Positions 11,568 to 24,558 are shown, counted from the whole stretch's first letter. The stretch is DNA of 63,878 bases, filler included, from Octopus bimaculoides (GCF_001194135.2; 5 parts of 4 records of this genome joined end to end with filler, not necessarily neighbours in it), one strand, 5' to 3'. Notes: a model not told the origin generated them from the sequence alone. Made by a program: numbers and translations.

Positions 11568-11943
11568 TGTATGTATGTATGTATGTATGTATGTATGTTC
11601 TATATCTCTTTCTCACTTTAGAGTAAATTTTGATTGGCCACTTACTTGGTAGCAAGGTTGTGAAGGAAAGTATCTTCCTTTAACATTCATCTTTTAAATC
11701 TTAAGGTCTTGCAGATTTTTATAGTCCCAGACTATGAAGTAAGGATTTGCATTCTCTCCTCAAGATCCCAAGTTCAGCCATACTTCTCCAGATGGGTATC
11801 CTGTTGCTCCAATAATAATAGCTGAAAGTTTATCTTGGGTGCTGGATTTGCAAACTCCTTATCAATGGTCCACAGATGTCTTTCTCTTGTATTTTTTCTA
11901 ACCGCATTCGTGTCCAGAGAGCAGCTGATTTCCACAAAAGAGC
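11521..11943 (-). mobile_element. 3' end of a second RLE LINE of the same type with (ATAC)n tail
   Basis: CSFVEISCSLDTNAVRK / KIQEKDICGPLIRSLQIQHPR / SGTIKICKT, paralogous to the C-terminus at 10.3-10.6 kb. Confidence 0.75.
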
Positions 11944-12182
11944 ATGCATGTATGTATGTATGTATGTATGTATGTATGTCTGTCTGTATGTATGTATGTA
12001 TGTGTGTATGTATGCGTGCATGCATGATCTGTTTAATACTTTCTGTGGGGAACGAGTTGTTTTCTAGCAAAGATAAAGAGCTCTGTCATTGAATGTAGAT
12101 AAAAACAAAGTCACATTTTAAACTTGAGAAAAGTTAAATATATTTTTTACTGTTCCACTTACAAATTGTATTTGTACTTACT
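11944..12182 (-). mobile_element. Very short third RLE LINE 3' end with (ATAC)n tail
   Basis: QFVSGTVKNIF..F terminal motif. The 3' UTR motif TTTTCTAGCAAAGATAAAGAGCTCT resembles TTTCTAACAAAGATACAAAGCTCT at ~10287. Confidence 0.6.
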
Positions 12183-12213
12183 GTATGCATGTACATACCT
12201 ATATATTCGGTTG

Positions 12214-12420
12214 AAGGCGCGTGGCTCAGTGGTTAGTGTATTCAGCTCAGAATCGTAAGGTCGTATGTTCGATACCCCGCGGTGCATTGTGTTCTTGATC
12301 AAGACATTTTACTTCAAGTTATTCCAGTTCATACAACTGGCAAAAATAAGTGTATCTAGAATTCAAAAGGCAAGCCGTGTCACATTCTGCATCATGCTGA
12401 ATTTTCTTAAACCACAGAGT
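12214..12420 (+). mobile_element. SINE family C
   Basis: GGCGCGTGGCTCAGTGGTTAG (A box), GTTCGATACCC (B box), TTCTTGATCAAGACATTTTACTTC. Confidence 0.82.
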
Positions 12421-12579
12421 TTAATCTTCTTGCCCCAGTTTAATCAGGTAGAACAAATTCTGTGCAGACAATTCCTTTCGCATCGATGAAACAAACTACA
12501 TTGGACTTCACTTGATGCAATTTTTTTTTGGGGGGGGGGGGGCTTTCATTGACTGTATCGTCACCAATGATGACCTTGG

Positions 12580-13244
12580 TCACCAGTGATGACTTTCGAA
12601 AAAAGGTCCAGATAAACTTCCAACTGTTCTTTTAGTTCATGACATGCATTCAGTCGACTGCTTTTGATCTTCTGTGAGCAAGTGAGGCACAAATTTTGCT
12701 GCAACTCTTTTCATTCGCAATTACTCGCTCAAACTCCGTTGGAAGGCGCTCCAGAACAGACCAAGCATACCAACAAGTTCGTCAATTTTTCGGCGATGGT
12801 CCTCCAAAATCAGATGATAAATTTTCGTGATGTTTTAATTCGTTGGGGAGGTCGATGGTTGCCCTGAATGAGTTGTTCTTGAAGCGACAAGTGACCATTC
12901 TCAAAGCATGAAAACCAGCCATAAACTTGTGTTTCGTTCATAGCAGTGTCCTTGTAAGCTGTTTGAAGCATGGGAACTGTTTCGGCAGCCGTTTTTCGCG
13001 GCAGAAAAAAGAATTTCATGGAAGCACGCTGTTCCTTCGTTTCAACTATCACAAAAATCGACGAACAGGGGAGAAGATTGCAAAACAAAGACGCACCATA
13101 TGGTAGTAGGGCCACACACGACGACGCTGGTCGGCAGACTGATGCTTGAGGTATGCATAAAGTGGCTTCTAGCGGTGGAAGACTGAACTACAGCTGGTTT
13201 TCCCTACAGAGGTTACTTTCCGGTTACTTTTGAGTACACCCTCG
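12580..13244 (-). mobile_element. Mariner transposon, 5' half
   Basis: KEQRASMKFFF..KTAAETVPMLQTAYKDTAMNETQVYGWF...LFSKVITGD (first catalytic Asp). TIR TACGAGGGTGTACTCAAAAGT with TA at 13245-13246. Confidence 0.88.
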
Positions 13245-13465
13245 TATACATATATGTGTATGCATATATATATATATATATATATATATANNNNNNNNNN
13301 NNNNNNNNNNNNNNNNNNNNNNNNNNNNNNNNNNNNNNNNNNNNNNNNNNNNNNNNNNNNNNNNNNNNNNNNNNNNNNNNNNNNNNNNNNNNNNNNNNNN
13401 NNNNNNNNNNNNNNNNNNNNNNNNNNNNNNNNNNNNNNNNNNNNNNNNNNNNNNNNNNNNNNNNN

Positions 13466-14334
13466 CATGAACTAAAATTCAGAGAGGAACGGCATAAACT
13501 ACCCGCATGAACTTAATATAAATGCAGGTAGTAATTTTACCTTCTACTTATTCTTAGTGCAGGTTTTGAAGAGTTCAGTTCGATTCTAATAGTTAGTTTT
13601 TCAAAGCTATAATGGAAATGATAAAGGAGCATATTCGGCATATTTTGCTTTATGAGTTCAATAAAGGCAACAACGCAATGGAAAGTGCGAGGAATATTAA
13701 AGCAGTATATTGGTATCGGACAATAAGCGTAAGCCAGTGTCAACGGTGGTTCCAGAAATTCCGAGCCGGAAACTACAGCCTAAAAGATGAACCTCCTCCT
13801 GGAGGATAGGTAGAGTTGCGAATCCTGGTGGAACAAAATCCCATCGCAACTGCTGAGGAACTAGCAGAGAAGCTTGGATTTGGACATTCACCCATTCATC
13901 GATACCTAAGATAGTAAAAAAATGACCATCTTCGGTTTCAAGACGTAAGGTGATCTTCCATCAGGATAATGCTCGGCCAATACAGCGAGGATGACATTCG
14001 AAAGGCTGGAGTAGTTTGAATGGGAAACAATACCCCACCCACGATATTCGCCGGACATTGCCCCATCTGATTATCATTTATTCTGCAGTCTTAAAAATCA
14101 TTTGGTCGGAAAAAATCATTTCTGTAAACGAGATCAGAACATTACTGGAGGAGTATTTTTCGTCACGCACAAGTGAATTTTAGAAGAGGCGCCTTGAAAG
14201 TCTACCAGATAGATGGAAGGGCATTGTACAAGATGAAGGAAAGTATATTTTAGATTAAAAAAGAACTTTGTTTATCTTAATTGTGAAAAATAAAAGAAGT
14301 ATAAAAACCACATTACTTATGAGATAACCCAATA
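13466..14334 (+). mobile_element. Mariner (Hsmar1/cecropia-like), internally deleted
   Basis: KEHIRHILLYEFNKGNNA..SARNI...CQRWFQKFRAG, later FHQDNARP and HPRYSPDIAPSDYHLF. Right TIR AAAACCACATTACTTATGAGATAACCCAATA. Confidence 0.9.
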
Positions 14335-14340
14335 TTTGTA

Positions 14341-14394
<54 letters not shown>

Positions 14395-14476
14395 NNNNNN
14401 NNNNNNNNNNNNNNNNNNNNNNNNNNNNNNNNNNNNNNNNNNNNNNNNNNNNNNNNNNNNNNNNNNNNNNNNNNNN

Positions 14477-14526
<50 letters not shown>

Positions 14527-15331
14527 GGGGATCACAGCACTTCAAACGTTTTGTCGTATTTGGCTACGTTCTCGTTACTACACGATGACCTATAAAATAA
14601 TTTTTTGACAAGATGCTATCGGCTAAAATTCTTCAAGGTAATGCTCCTGCAGGATACTGATGCTAGAAAAAGAACAAAATATAACCAAAACTTTAGACGT
14701 AGCAAATACCACACAGTTTCAATTCTCTTTTAAATCCACTTCGCTGCGCATGTCATGCTTCAGAGGAATACATGAATACCAGAACTTTCGGTGACTTTTT
14801 TTTAATCATTCTTTGGTGTTTTGTACCGAGAAATAGGCGTTGATCATCTAGAGAACAACATATTAATTTGTTGAAATTAGTATTGATATGTAAAAACTAG
14901 AACATGGTGCTCTTCAAAGTAAAAGTGTATTCAAACTTTTGTCCTTATGCTGTTCAAGTACTGAGAAGCGTGCCATTCATTAACTCTAAGCGGTGTCCCC
15001 TTAATGAAATATGTTGAGAAACTGTCATTCCGCACGGTCTCACGCCTGGAATAAATGGAATGGAAGAAAATAAATAAATAGATAGATAAATTGAATTCAT
15101 TGTTTCAAACAAGAAATTTATTATGAACAAATAAATAATCAAATAAATAAACGTTACCGCCACCCACTCACGATCAACCACGAGATTTTTTTTTACAGAT
15201 GTTACACTCTCACTCACACACAAAACCGTATTTTCTCACATAATGTTTAGCTATCTGTCTATCTATCTATCCCCTTCTCTCTCTCTCTCACTCACTCACT
15301 CACTCTCTCTCTCTATCTCACTCTCTCTCAC

Positions 15332-15392
<61 letters not shown>

Positions 15393-16908
15393 GCATGCAG
15401 GCATACACACATCCCTACACATACTCTACACATACCCTAAACACACACACACACACACACACATATAAATATATAGATTATATATATATTATNNNNNNNN
15501 NNNNNNNNNNNNNNNNNNNNNNNNNNNNNNNNNNNNNNNNNNNNNNNNNNNNNNNNNNNNNNNNNNNNNNNNNNNNNNNNNNNNNNNNNNNNNNNNNNNN
15601 NNNNNNNNNNNNNNNNNNNNNNNNNNNNNNNNNNNNNNNNNNNNNNNNNNNNNNNNNNNNNNNNNNNNNNNNNNNNNNNNNNNNNNNNNNNNNNNNNNNN
15701 NNNNNNNNNNNNNNNNNNNNNNNNNNNNNNNNNNNNNNNNNNNNNNNNNNNNNNNNNNNNNNNNNNNNNNNNNNNNNNNNNNNNNNNNNNNNNNNNNNNN
15801 NNNNNNNNNNNNNNNNNNNNNNNNNNNNNNNNNNNNNNNNNNNNNNNNNNNNNNNNNNNNNNNNNNNNNNNNNNNNNNNNNNNNNNNNNNNNNNNNNNNN
15901 NNNNNNNNNNNNNNNNNNNNNNNNNNNNNNNNNNNNNNNNNNNNNNNNNNNNNNNNNNNNNNNNNNNNNNNNNNNNNNNNNNNNNNNNNNNNNNNNNNNN
16001 NNNNNNNNNNNNNNNNNNNNNNNNNNNNNNNNNNNNNNNNNNNNNNNNNNNNNNNNNNNNNNNNNNNNNNNNNNNNNNNNNNNNNNNNNNNNNNNNNNNN
16101 NNNNNNNNNNNNNNNNNNNNNNNNNNNNNNNNNNNNNNNNNNNNNNNNNNNNNNNNNNNNNNNNNNNNNNNNNNNNNNNNNNNNNNNNNNNNNNNNNNNN
16201 NNNNNNNNNNNNNNNNNNNNNNNNNNNNNTATATTAACACACACACGCACACACAAACACACATAGATATATATAGTCTCTGTTTAGATATCTCTTCAGG
16301 ATAATTCCAAAATGACAAAAATTCCGCCACATTGCGAAACCAGAGATCTTGCTCTTGCTTGTCTCCGGACTATTTGGCTTTATAAGTGTTAGGCGAGCTC
16401 TTGTTGAGTGTAAATTTGAGCACTGACATTGCTGACACGCGCGCACACACACACGCACGTATATATGTATGCATGTATGTATGTATGTATATATATATAA
16501 CACATTTATATAGATTTTCTTATGTTACTGTTGTTTCTGTGCTTGTTTTATCTGGTCATGGTAACGTTTGTGTCAGGTAGTTTTACATATAACGATGAAT
16601 CTCTCTCCATGATACTGTGTTATCTGGCAAACTGATAGTCAGAAAGAAACTAAAGAAAATATATATATAAAGAAAAACTTGGTAAATTAAAGCTAACAAA
16701 AAAAAAAGGAAAAGACAAAACAAAAATATCAACAATGAAGGTGGCAACAGCACCAGCAACAACAATTACAATAACAAAGAAACAAAATCTTATTTCAGGC
16801 TCTGCTCTACATTACTATCACATGTTACAACACGGTTTACGGCAAATATTGATGTACAACAAAAAGGAAAACACAAACACACGCACACACATCATATGTT
16901 ACAATATT

Positions 16909-17073
16909 AGTTTCTACACTAGGCACAAGGCCCGAAAACTGGTACTTAATTTAACGACCCCGAAAGGCAAGTCGACCTCGGTGGAATTTGAACTCAAAAT
17001 GAAAAAAAAAAAACAGACGAAATACCGCTAAGCATTTCGCCCGGAGTGCTAACGTTTCTGCCAGCACGCCGTC
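16909..17073 (-). mobile_element. SINE family B with perfect 17-bp TSD
   Basis: TCATATGTTACAATATT at 16892-16908 and 17074-17090. Confidence 0.92.
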
Positions 17074-17099
17074 TCATATGTTACAATATTGTTATCGGA

Positions 17100-17261
17100 A
17101 AACTGGCAGAAACGTTAACACGCCGGGCGAAATGCTTAGCGGTATTTCGTCTGCCATTACGTTCTGAGTTCAAATTCCGCCGAGGTCGACTTTGCATTTA
17201 TCCTTTCGGGGTCGATAAATTAAGTACCAGTTGCGTACTAGGGTCGATCTAATCGACTGGC
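17100..17261 (+). mobile_element. SINE family B (3' end in gap)
   Basis: CTGGCAGAAACGTTAACACGCCGGGCGAAATGCTTAGCGG...GGGGTCGATAAATTAAGTACCAG. Confidence 0.9.
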
Positions 17262-17661
17262 NNNNNNNNNNNNNNNNNNNNNNNNNNNNNNNNNNNNNNN
17301 NNNNNNNNNNNNNNNNNNNNNNNNNNNNNNNNNNNNNNNNNNNNNNNNNNNNNNNNNNNNNNNNNNNNNNNNNNNNNNNNNNNNNNNNNNNNNNNNNNNN
17401 NNNNNNNNNNNNNNNNNNNNNNNNNNNNNNNNNNNNNNNNNNNNNNNNNNNNNNNNNNNNNNNNNNNNNNNNNNNNNNNNNNNNNNNNNNNNNNNNNNNN
17501 NNNNNNNNNNNNNNNNNNNNNNNNNNNNNNNNNNNNNNNNNNNNNNNNNNNNNNNNNNNNNNNNNNNNNNNNNNNNNNNNNNNNNNNNNNNNNNNNNNNN
17601 NNNNNNNNNNNNNNNNNNNNNNNNNNNNNNNNNNNNNNNNNNNNNNNATATATACACACAC

Positions 17662-17810
17662 ACAGGTGTGGCTGTGTGTTAAGAAATTTGCTTCCATTGA
17701 CAAGGTTCCGGGTTCAGTCCCACTGCGACTCTTCTACTATAGCTTCGGGATGACCAAAGACATGTGAATGGATTTAGTAGACGGAAACTCTGGAAGAAGC
17801 TTATATATAT

Positions 17811-17865
<55 letters not shown>

Positions 17866-18122
17866 GTGTGTGTGTGCGTGTGTGTGTGTGTGTGTAAGGA
17901 TGTATGCGTGTATGTGTGTGTGGCTGGGCATATGTTTGTTCCCCGCCATCGGTTGACAACGGGTGTTGGTGTGTTTACGTCCTCGCGATAGAAAAAGTAC
18001 AACGCTTTACAAAATAGAAAAAAAAACTAAGTATTGGGGTCGATAAGTTCGACTAAAATTCTTCAAGGCGGTGCTCCAGCATGGCTGCAGTCTAGTGGCT
18101 GAAACAAGTAAGAAAGAAAAAA
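17662..18122 (+). mobile_element. SINE family A, full length
   Basis: Head GTGTGGCTGTGTGTTAAG..GGTTCAGTCCC, internal TA/TG tract, tail GCTCCAGCATGGCTGCAGTC..GAAACAAGTAAG. Confidence 0.85.
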
Positions 18123-18698
18123 AAGATACATACACACTCATACATGCACATACATGTAGGTGGCGCTTATATAAAGAGGTAAAAAATGTTTAGAAACTTT
18201 ACACTTTCCAAGTACGCTTGAGTTAACCCGCTACCTTGCAGGTAGCTAAGTGTTGCAGGAGTGGGGCTTTTACTTTTAATCGCGACCTATCTCCGTGCAG
18301 GCTTCTTCTAGTATATATAATATATATGTACATCGGACGGAGAAGTGTAGTCAATGTGCTAGGTCAATAACGCGTAACTCGCATTACTTACAGTGGTGAG
18401 TAATAGTGACGATTAATAAAAGGATATTTACAACTAAATGAATAACTATTATCTACTATTCAAGGGATATTGCCAGAAGCACAATGGTGTGTGAACAATA
18501 GAATGTCAGAGAAGGGGAGAAAGAAAGAGAAGGAGAGAGAGAAAGAGAAAGCGAGAGAGAAAGAGAAAGCGAGAGAGAAAGAGAAAGCGAGAGAGAAAGA
18601 GAGAGAATGACAGCAAAAGAGAGAAAACTGAAGTGTAAACTTCTTGGCAGGTTGTTATTCTACTTAGTAATTCATTGACACACACACAGACACACACA

Positions 18699-18748
<50 letters not shown>

Positions 18749-19735
18749 NNNNNNNNNNNNNNNNNNNNNNNNNNNNNNNNNNNNNNNNNNNNNNNNNNNN
18801 NNNNNNNNNNNNNNNNNNNNNNNNNNNNNNNNNNNNNNNNNNNNNNNNNNNNNNNNNNNNNNNNNNNNNNNNNNNNNNNNNNNNNNNNNNNNNNNNNNNN
18901 NNNNNNNNNNNNNNNNNNNNNNNNNNNNNNNNNNNNNNNNNNNNNNNNNNNNNNNNNNNNNNNNNNNNNNNNNNNNNNNNNNNNNNNNNNNNNNNNNNNN
19001 NNNNNNNNNNNNNNNNNNNNNNNNNNNNNNNNNNNNNNNNNNNNNTATATATGTATATATATAAAAGCGAAAGACGAGAGAAAAATCGATTGGATGATAT
19101 TCTTTATTTCATATGACTACAATTTTTTCCTCCCATTATTATACCCGTCGCACATTGGTGAGATGATGTAATTAACATATTGTGTAATTATTACCATCCA
19201 CCAAAGATCTAAAATGTTTTTCTTCAGGCGATTATTTTGAGAATGTTCTTCTTTAGATCTGTCATTTCACAGTATGCAAGAATGAATACCCAAAGCAATG
19301 TGCTATTTTCAGCAATTTGCATACAAACCTAAATCCATAGATAAAATGACAGGCAAAACAAAATTATAACCAAAATACAATCAATATGGAGAATACAAAA
19401 AAAAACAAAAAAAAACACAAAAATGACCGCTGTCCAATCAACTATGAAATACAATTGTATCGTCACGGTTAGCTTATTAAGAAGTAAAAAAATGAAATTG
19501 AGCGATTTGAGAGAATAATGTGTTAAAGTTGTAAAGACAACCATTTAAAGTATTTAAGCTAATTAAAGTACTATCTCCCTACCATGAATTACTATGCAAA
19601 GGTAATTTATGACAGTCTAGCATTTAGATACTGTCCTGAAAGCCATTTAGAAAAATTAGTTAGTAGGCGAACTCTCTCCCACATACATCTCCTTCAAATA
19701 CTCATATACAAGGTATATGTGTATATGTATATCTA

Positions 19736-20079
19736 TCTATATATATAAAAATGAGAATGTGTGTGTGTGTGTGTGTCTGTCTGTCTGTGTGTGTGTTTCC
19801 CTAAAACTCGAGAACTACACAACCAATTTCATTCAAATTTTACACAAGTCTTACTCAGGGTTCCGGTTGTGTTTTAGTCAAAAAAATTTTTTAACTTCTT
19901 GCATAGTTCGAGCCCACAGCAACATAATATCTCCTCCACTATTTAAGTATTACGTGTCAAAAGTGAAACAAAAACACTCATGTCAAATACTTTCACTTTA
20001 AAAATGAAACTATTCCACTAACTGAAACAATCACATTTCGATACTGTAATGACAGATACTTTCACTTTAATGGTGTGTA
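19736..20079 (+). mobile_element. Non-autonomous Helitron-like element, 5' part
   Basis: A|TCTATATATATAAAAATG start, then a (TG)/(TCTG) microsatellite and the CAACCAATTTCATTCAAATTTTACACA motif. The 3' end lies in a gap. Confidence 0.65.
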
Positions 20080-20180
20080 NNNNNNNNNNNNNNNNNNNNN
20101 NNNNNNNNNNNNNNNNNNNNNNNTTAATTAATTAANNNNNNNNNNNNNNNNNNNNNNNNNNNNNNNNNNNNNNNNNNNNA

Positions 20181-20239
<59 letters not shown>

Positions 20240-20352
20240 CTTTCTATCTGTCTGTCTGTATGTATGGATGTATGTATGTATGTATGTATGTATGTATGAA
20301 TGTATGTATATAAATATATATATATACATATATATATATGTGTGTGCACATG

Positions 20353-21623
20353 CACGAGGTGAAGTCAATAATTATGTGTACTTTCGTCATTACATATCTT
20401 TATTAGTGCCACACTCCCATCTGCGCATGCGTGCATATAGTTAGTACTATTGTCGTCACGTGATCGAAGTTTGAACCAGATCTCCCCATTTTTCTTTCGG
20501 GATTTACAGTGTAGCTCGGCCGCTCCACTAGCAATGTACACCAGAAGAAAAAAGGGCAGTGATTTCTCTGGTTGGAAGGTGAATGAGATGCAAAAATTCA
20601 TCGGAGGTTTTTAGCACAATCCAGAGACAGTGCGCTACCACGTAGAAATGTGTATGAGTAGATTAAGAAGTTTAAAAGTGGCCGGACAAGCTTGATGTAC
20701 GAAGAGCGAACAGGATGCCCGTCAACCTCCACCACTGTCGAGAAGTTTCAGCAAGATCCAAAGATGGTAATGGTGAACGGACGAGTTATCATCGTTCTCT
20801 GCAGATTAGGCATGTTTCTGCCTATCAAATCATCCACGAGGTGGTCGGCTTCCATAAAGTCGGTGCAAGATGGGCTTACTGTAGAGAACAAGCGCAAACG
20901 TCTTGAGGTCTGCCAACGTTTACTCGATCGCTACAACGATGACGGCAACTAAGTTTTTAGCAGAATAGTCACAGGAGGTGAAACGTGGGAGCATTATTAT
21001 GAAGCAGAATCCAGAACGCAGAATATGGAATGGAAACATCCTGGCTCGCCAGTGACGAAGAAATTCAAGTTTCAGTCTTCCACGGGAAAGGTGATGTTAA
21101 CCCATTTTGGAACTCAAAAGGGCCTATAGTGGAAGACTACCTGGAAAATCGGTGCACGATCAACAGTCCAAAATACAGTGCTTTGTTGGCCAACAAACTG
21201 AAGCCAACATTTCCTATCAAACGCGAAAGCCTAATGTTGAAGAAAGTTTTGTTGCTGCATGACAACGCACGCTCACACACGGCCACCCAGACCATTGAAA
21301 CCATTAACCAATTAGGTTTTGAGGTACTGGAACACCCTGCCTACAGCCCAGATCTCGCCCCTTCCGACTATTATATCTTTCAACCGCTGAAAGATGGTTT
21401 ACGATGGTTTCCTACGGATGAAGATGTGAAGGAAACGGTGCATAAATGCACGACCAATTGAAAACCTTCTTCTTGGATGGAATACGCAAGCTTGTGTACC
21501 GCTGGACCAAGTGCATCGAAAAGGAAGGAGACTAGATAGAACAATGATGTACTTGTTTATCGCTTGCTGTTGCGTAAATACATTGAAAAAACAAGACTGC
21601 GTATATTTTTTGACTCTCCTTCG
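20353..21623 (+). mobile_element. Near full-length degenerate mariner (DD34D)
   Basis: Both TIRs present (CACGAGGTGAAGTCAATAAT and revcomp TACGAAGGAGAGTCAAAAAAT). Motifs RIVTGGETW, LLHDNARSH, HPAYSPDLAPSDY. Many frameshifts and stops. Confidence 0.92.
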
Positions 21624-21907
21624 TATATATATATACATATATATATATATACATATTGTTCGGTGGGGAATATATGCGTTCAGTCCATAACTTTGCAACA
21701 TCGGCCGGCAAAATGTCCGCAGGGTGGTTTTCTGATAATACATAGATAAATGCACACACACGCACGCACACACACGCGCGCGCGCATGCACACAATATAT
21801 ATATATAAAACTAAGGTTTCTAACTAATGATTTTATCAATTACCTCCTAACATTGATAAGTAATGATGTCTATGTGGTATAGGTAATACCTCGCAGAGTT
21901 CCTCACT

Positions 21908-22620
21908 TATGGCTTCACAGAAATAGAAGGTAACGGTCGAAGAAGCCACAATATATAATCTCTTTGAAAGTGCTGATGTCAGAGATTTTCAAAAAGAATC
22001 TATTGACGAAAAACTTTGACCATTTACACTTTCATCTCTCTTTGCTACCGCGGGGGATACTACGACAATTTGTAACTATCTATAAAATAGCAAAGATTAG
22101 AAACATACGAGAATATAGCATTTGATCAACGTTTGGCATCAGTGGCTACTTTAGAAGTAGCCTGGTTGACTGCTCAAAGAAAATTGCCGCATACTATTTG
22201 AAAAGAATCGGTGAAAACAGCAACTAGGAAAATGAGGAAAATGCTCGACCAATATTCTTACAACTGGATTTAGAGTCTTTCTGTGCAAGAGGTGATAGAA
22301 TGAATTTTTTATTTTAGTATATATTGTGAGTGAAGAGTTTGAAAAAGGAATATTTTGTTTTGCACATAAGTTGAGATTTCGTGGAATTAATAGGTTTAAC
22401 AAGATTGATGCATTTTCTAACCTTCACTAGCTGATTAAAGTTGGTAAACTGTATTACTGTATGCGTTAAGTAATATTTAGTAACTATGGCAGTATAAAAG
22501 AACCATGAAAATGCCATAGAAAGTATACAGAGAATGAAAATGTCCTCAGACTTGGATACTGGCAACTAATTGACTGACGAGGTATTGAACTGCGATGAAT
22601 TCACTGGACGTTTTCTAAAC
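21908..22620 (+). mobile_element. hAT Buster/Charlie (ZBED8/SCAND3-like) transposase remnant
   Basis: YGFTEIEGNG / KKPQYIISLKVLMSE..HLH (decayed BED finger) and LEVAWLTAQRKLPHTI*KESVKTA resemble Buster-type N-terminal motifs. The 3' boundary is uncertain. Confidence 0.6.
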
Positions 22621-24501
22621 AAAGCACATGTAAGACTGACAATAGAATATTCTTTCTATATTCAGCACAGTATTGCTGCTACATAAACAGATATCATAGG
22701 ATATATACCAAAGATTGGTAACCATCATATTGATATGAAGTAAATCATCAATAGAGATCTCTAGTCCACACACTCCTCTATCACGTTACTCGATTAATCC
22801 TTATTACTTGGAGTGAGTAGGTTACGTACCATGTCTAGCCAGGCCTGTCCATTACAATAGTCACTCTGCTATACTGTGTATTCTCCCTATCACGCGGCTC
22901 TAATCTCTACTCACAGTCCTTACTGGCATTCCTTCGTCGAACGAGTTTTTCCTACAACAGTTGTTATTGGTCTCAGAAAGACAGCTTCTTGGATACAACT
23001 TCCTTATGACAAAGCGATTTAAAGAAAGTTAAGAAAAAGTAGTAATGGATTTGTTTTGTTCATTTTATTTTAGCTCATAATAAACAAATGAGTAAATTAT
23101 TTTGACTGGGCACAATGCATGGTGATTTCGCAAAAGAGGAAATTATGTGTTGTAGTTTTAATAAGTTTCTCCATATTATTAACGGTGAAGAATTGAATTA
23201 ATCCGAGGACTGAAACAGTGTTTTGGCTTGGATTGCTGAGAACTTCTTTTACTATGGAAACGAATTATGAATGTGAACAGATGCAGAACGAGAAAAGAAA
23301 TGTCACCGACATTAATAATATTATTGTATTTGTTGTCTTATTTCAAAATACATTACTTTCTTTAGTGCAGCTTTTTAGAAATTCAATTGTAATTAATATT
23401 TTTTTCCATCATTTCTCTTAGCTGATATTGCAAAAATGATTCAATTTGAAATCAATAACAACACATTTTTCTGTTTCTCACTCCTCTTATCATTCCTTCC
23501 TAACTTCATTACCTCATCCTTTCTCTGTTGTGTTTGAATCTCATTTATTTTCTCGTCTTATTTCACTTTTGCAGTCACCCTTTTTTTATTTATTCATTTT
23601 CTTCATTCATTATTAGCTGATTTTCATTTTTTCTCTATCGTGTATTAATTATCTTACTTAGCATTATTCTGTGGAAAAGGAAGACGGGTTGGCAGGAACG
23701 GTTACAAAGAGTAAGTTAACAAAATAACACCCAAATTCATCACACTAGCTTTTCGGTTTAAAATCTCGTCGTAATAAATTCTTCTTTATGTCTGTGTTCG
23801 AGATAAATGATTACACTGTTGTAGCAACCACTGCTGCAAAGATTGGCATTGCACTACATTCAAAAAGCGAACAAAAAAATGTTCTGAACTGCTAAGAACA
23901 TCCTGCCAAGGGATGATTTTCTTATTTATTTTATCGTTGTTGATTAATTGAAGGGGATACCTAAATGATTAGCTCTGGTCAAAGACATTGCAACCTTGAT
24001 TGCTTCTTAATGTACGCCTTTCTTAAAGAAGTGCAGGATGATATGTCAGTGATTCTTAGGTAGTATTTCTTGCAGGAAGAGTGATAATGTAGAGACTCAT
24101 GCATTTCCTTTTCTTAACGGCGCAGACGGAGTAAAGTACCAGTAATATGCTCTCTTTACTTAAACCAACTAAACAGTTTGTTTACAAAACTTAACCATAT
24201 GCTTATTCTAAAGCAATCGTTATTTTACATCTCTCCCTCAATCACCTTACACTCATCTCGCTCAATATGATTCCTACTACATAGATCGCTGCCTACAGAT
24301 TCTACGACGTTTAGCCGATAATCTCATGAAGCATGGTAGTTATTATGTTAATGCGAATATTGATGCTAGTGGTGGAAGTGGTTGAAACGGCTTGAGAATG
24401 GCGATGTTTAAGTTGTTGCGAACAGTGATGGCTAAGGTGTGAAGAATAAATTTGTGAAGCTGGCATTTTAAATCTTAATTTGCAAGTCCTATGGTTATCA
24501 C

Positions 24502-24508
24502 TCTGCTG

Positions 24509-24558
<50 letters not shown>

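Noticed and set aside
12214-12290. tRNA-like sequences (also 7960-8034 on the minus strand)
   Set aside because: The A/B boxes continue into SINE bodies and there is no complete cloverleaf. These are SINE heads, not tRNA genes.
15395-16330. Long ORFs of 200-300 aa here and at 37.9-38.7, 39.4-40.2, 42.9-43.7 and 49.3-50.2 kb
   Set aside because: They are open only because they run through N-gaps.
20124-20135. TTAATTAATTAA repeated at 20124, 47259, 55820 and 61529
   Set aside because: Each sits exactly mid-way in a 44N+12+44N (100-bp) gap and gives stops in all six frames. It is an assembly linker, not biology. Adjacency across these gaps is uncertain.
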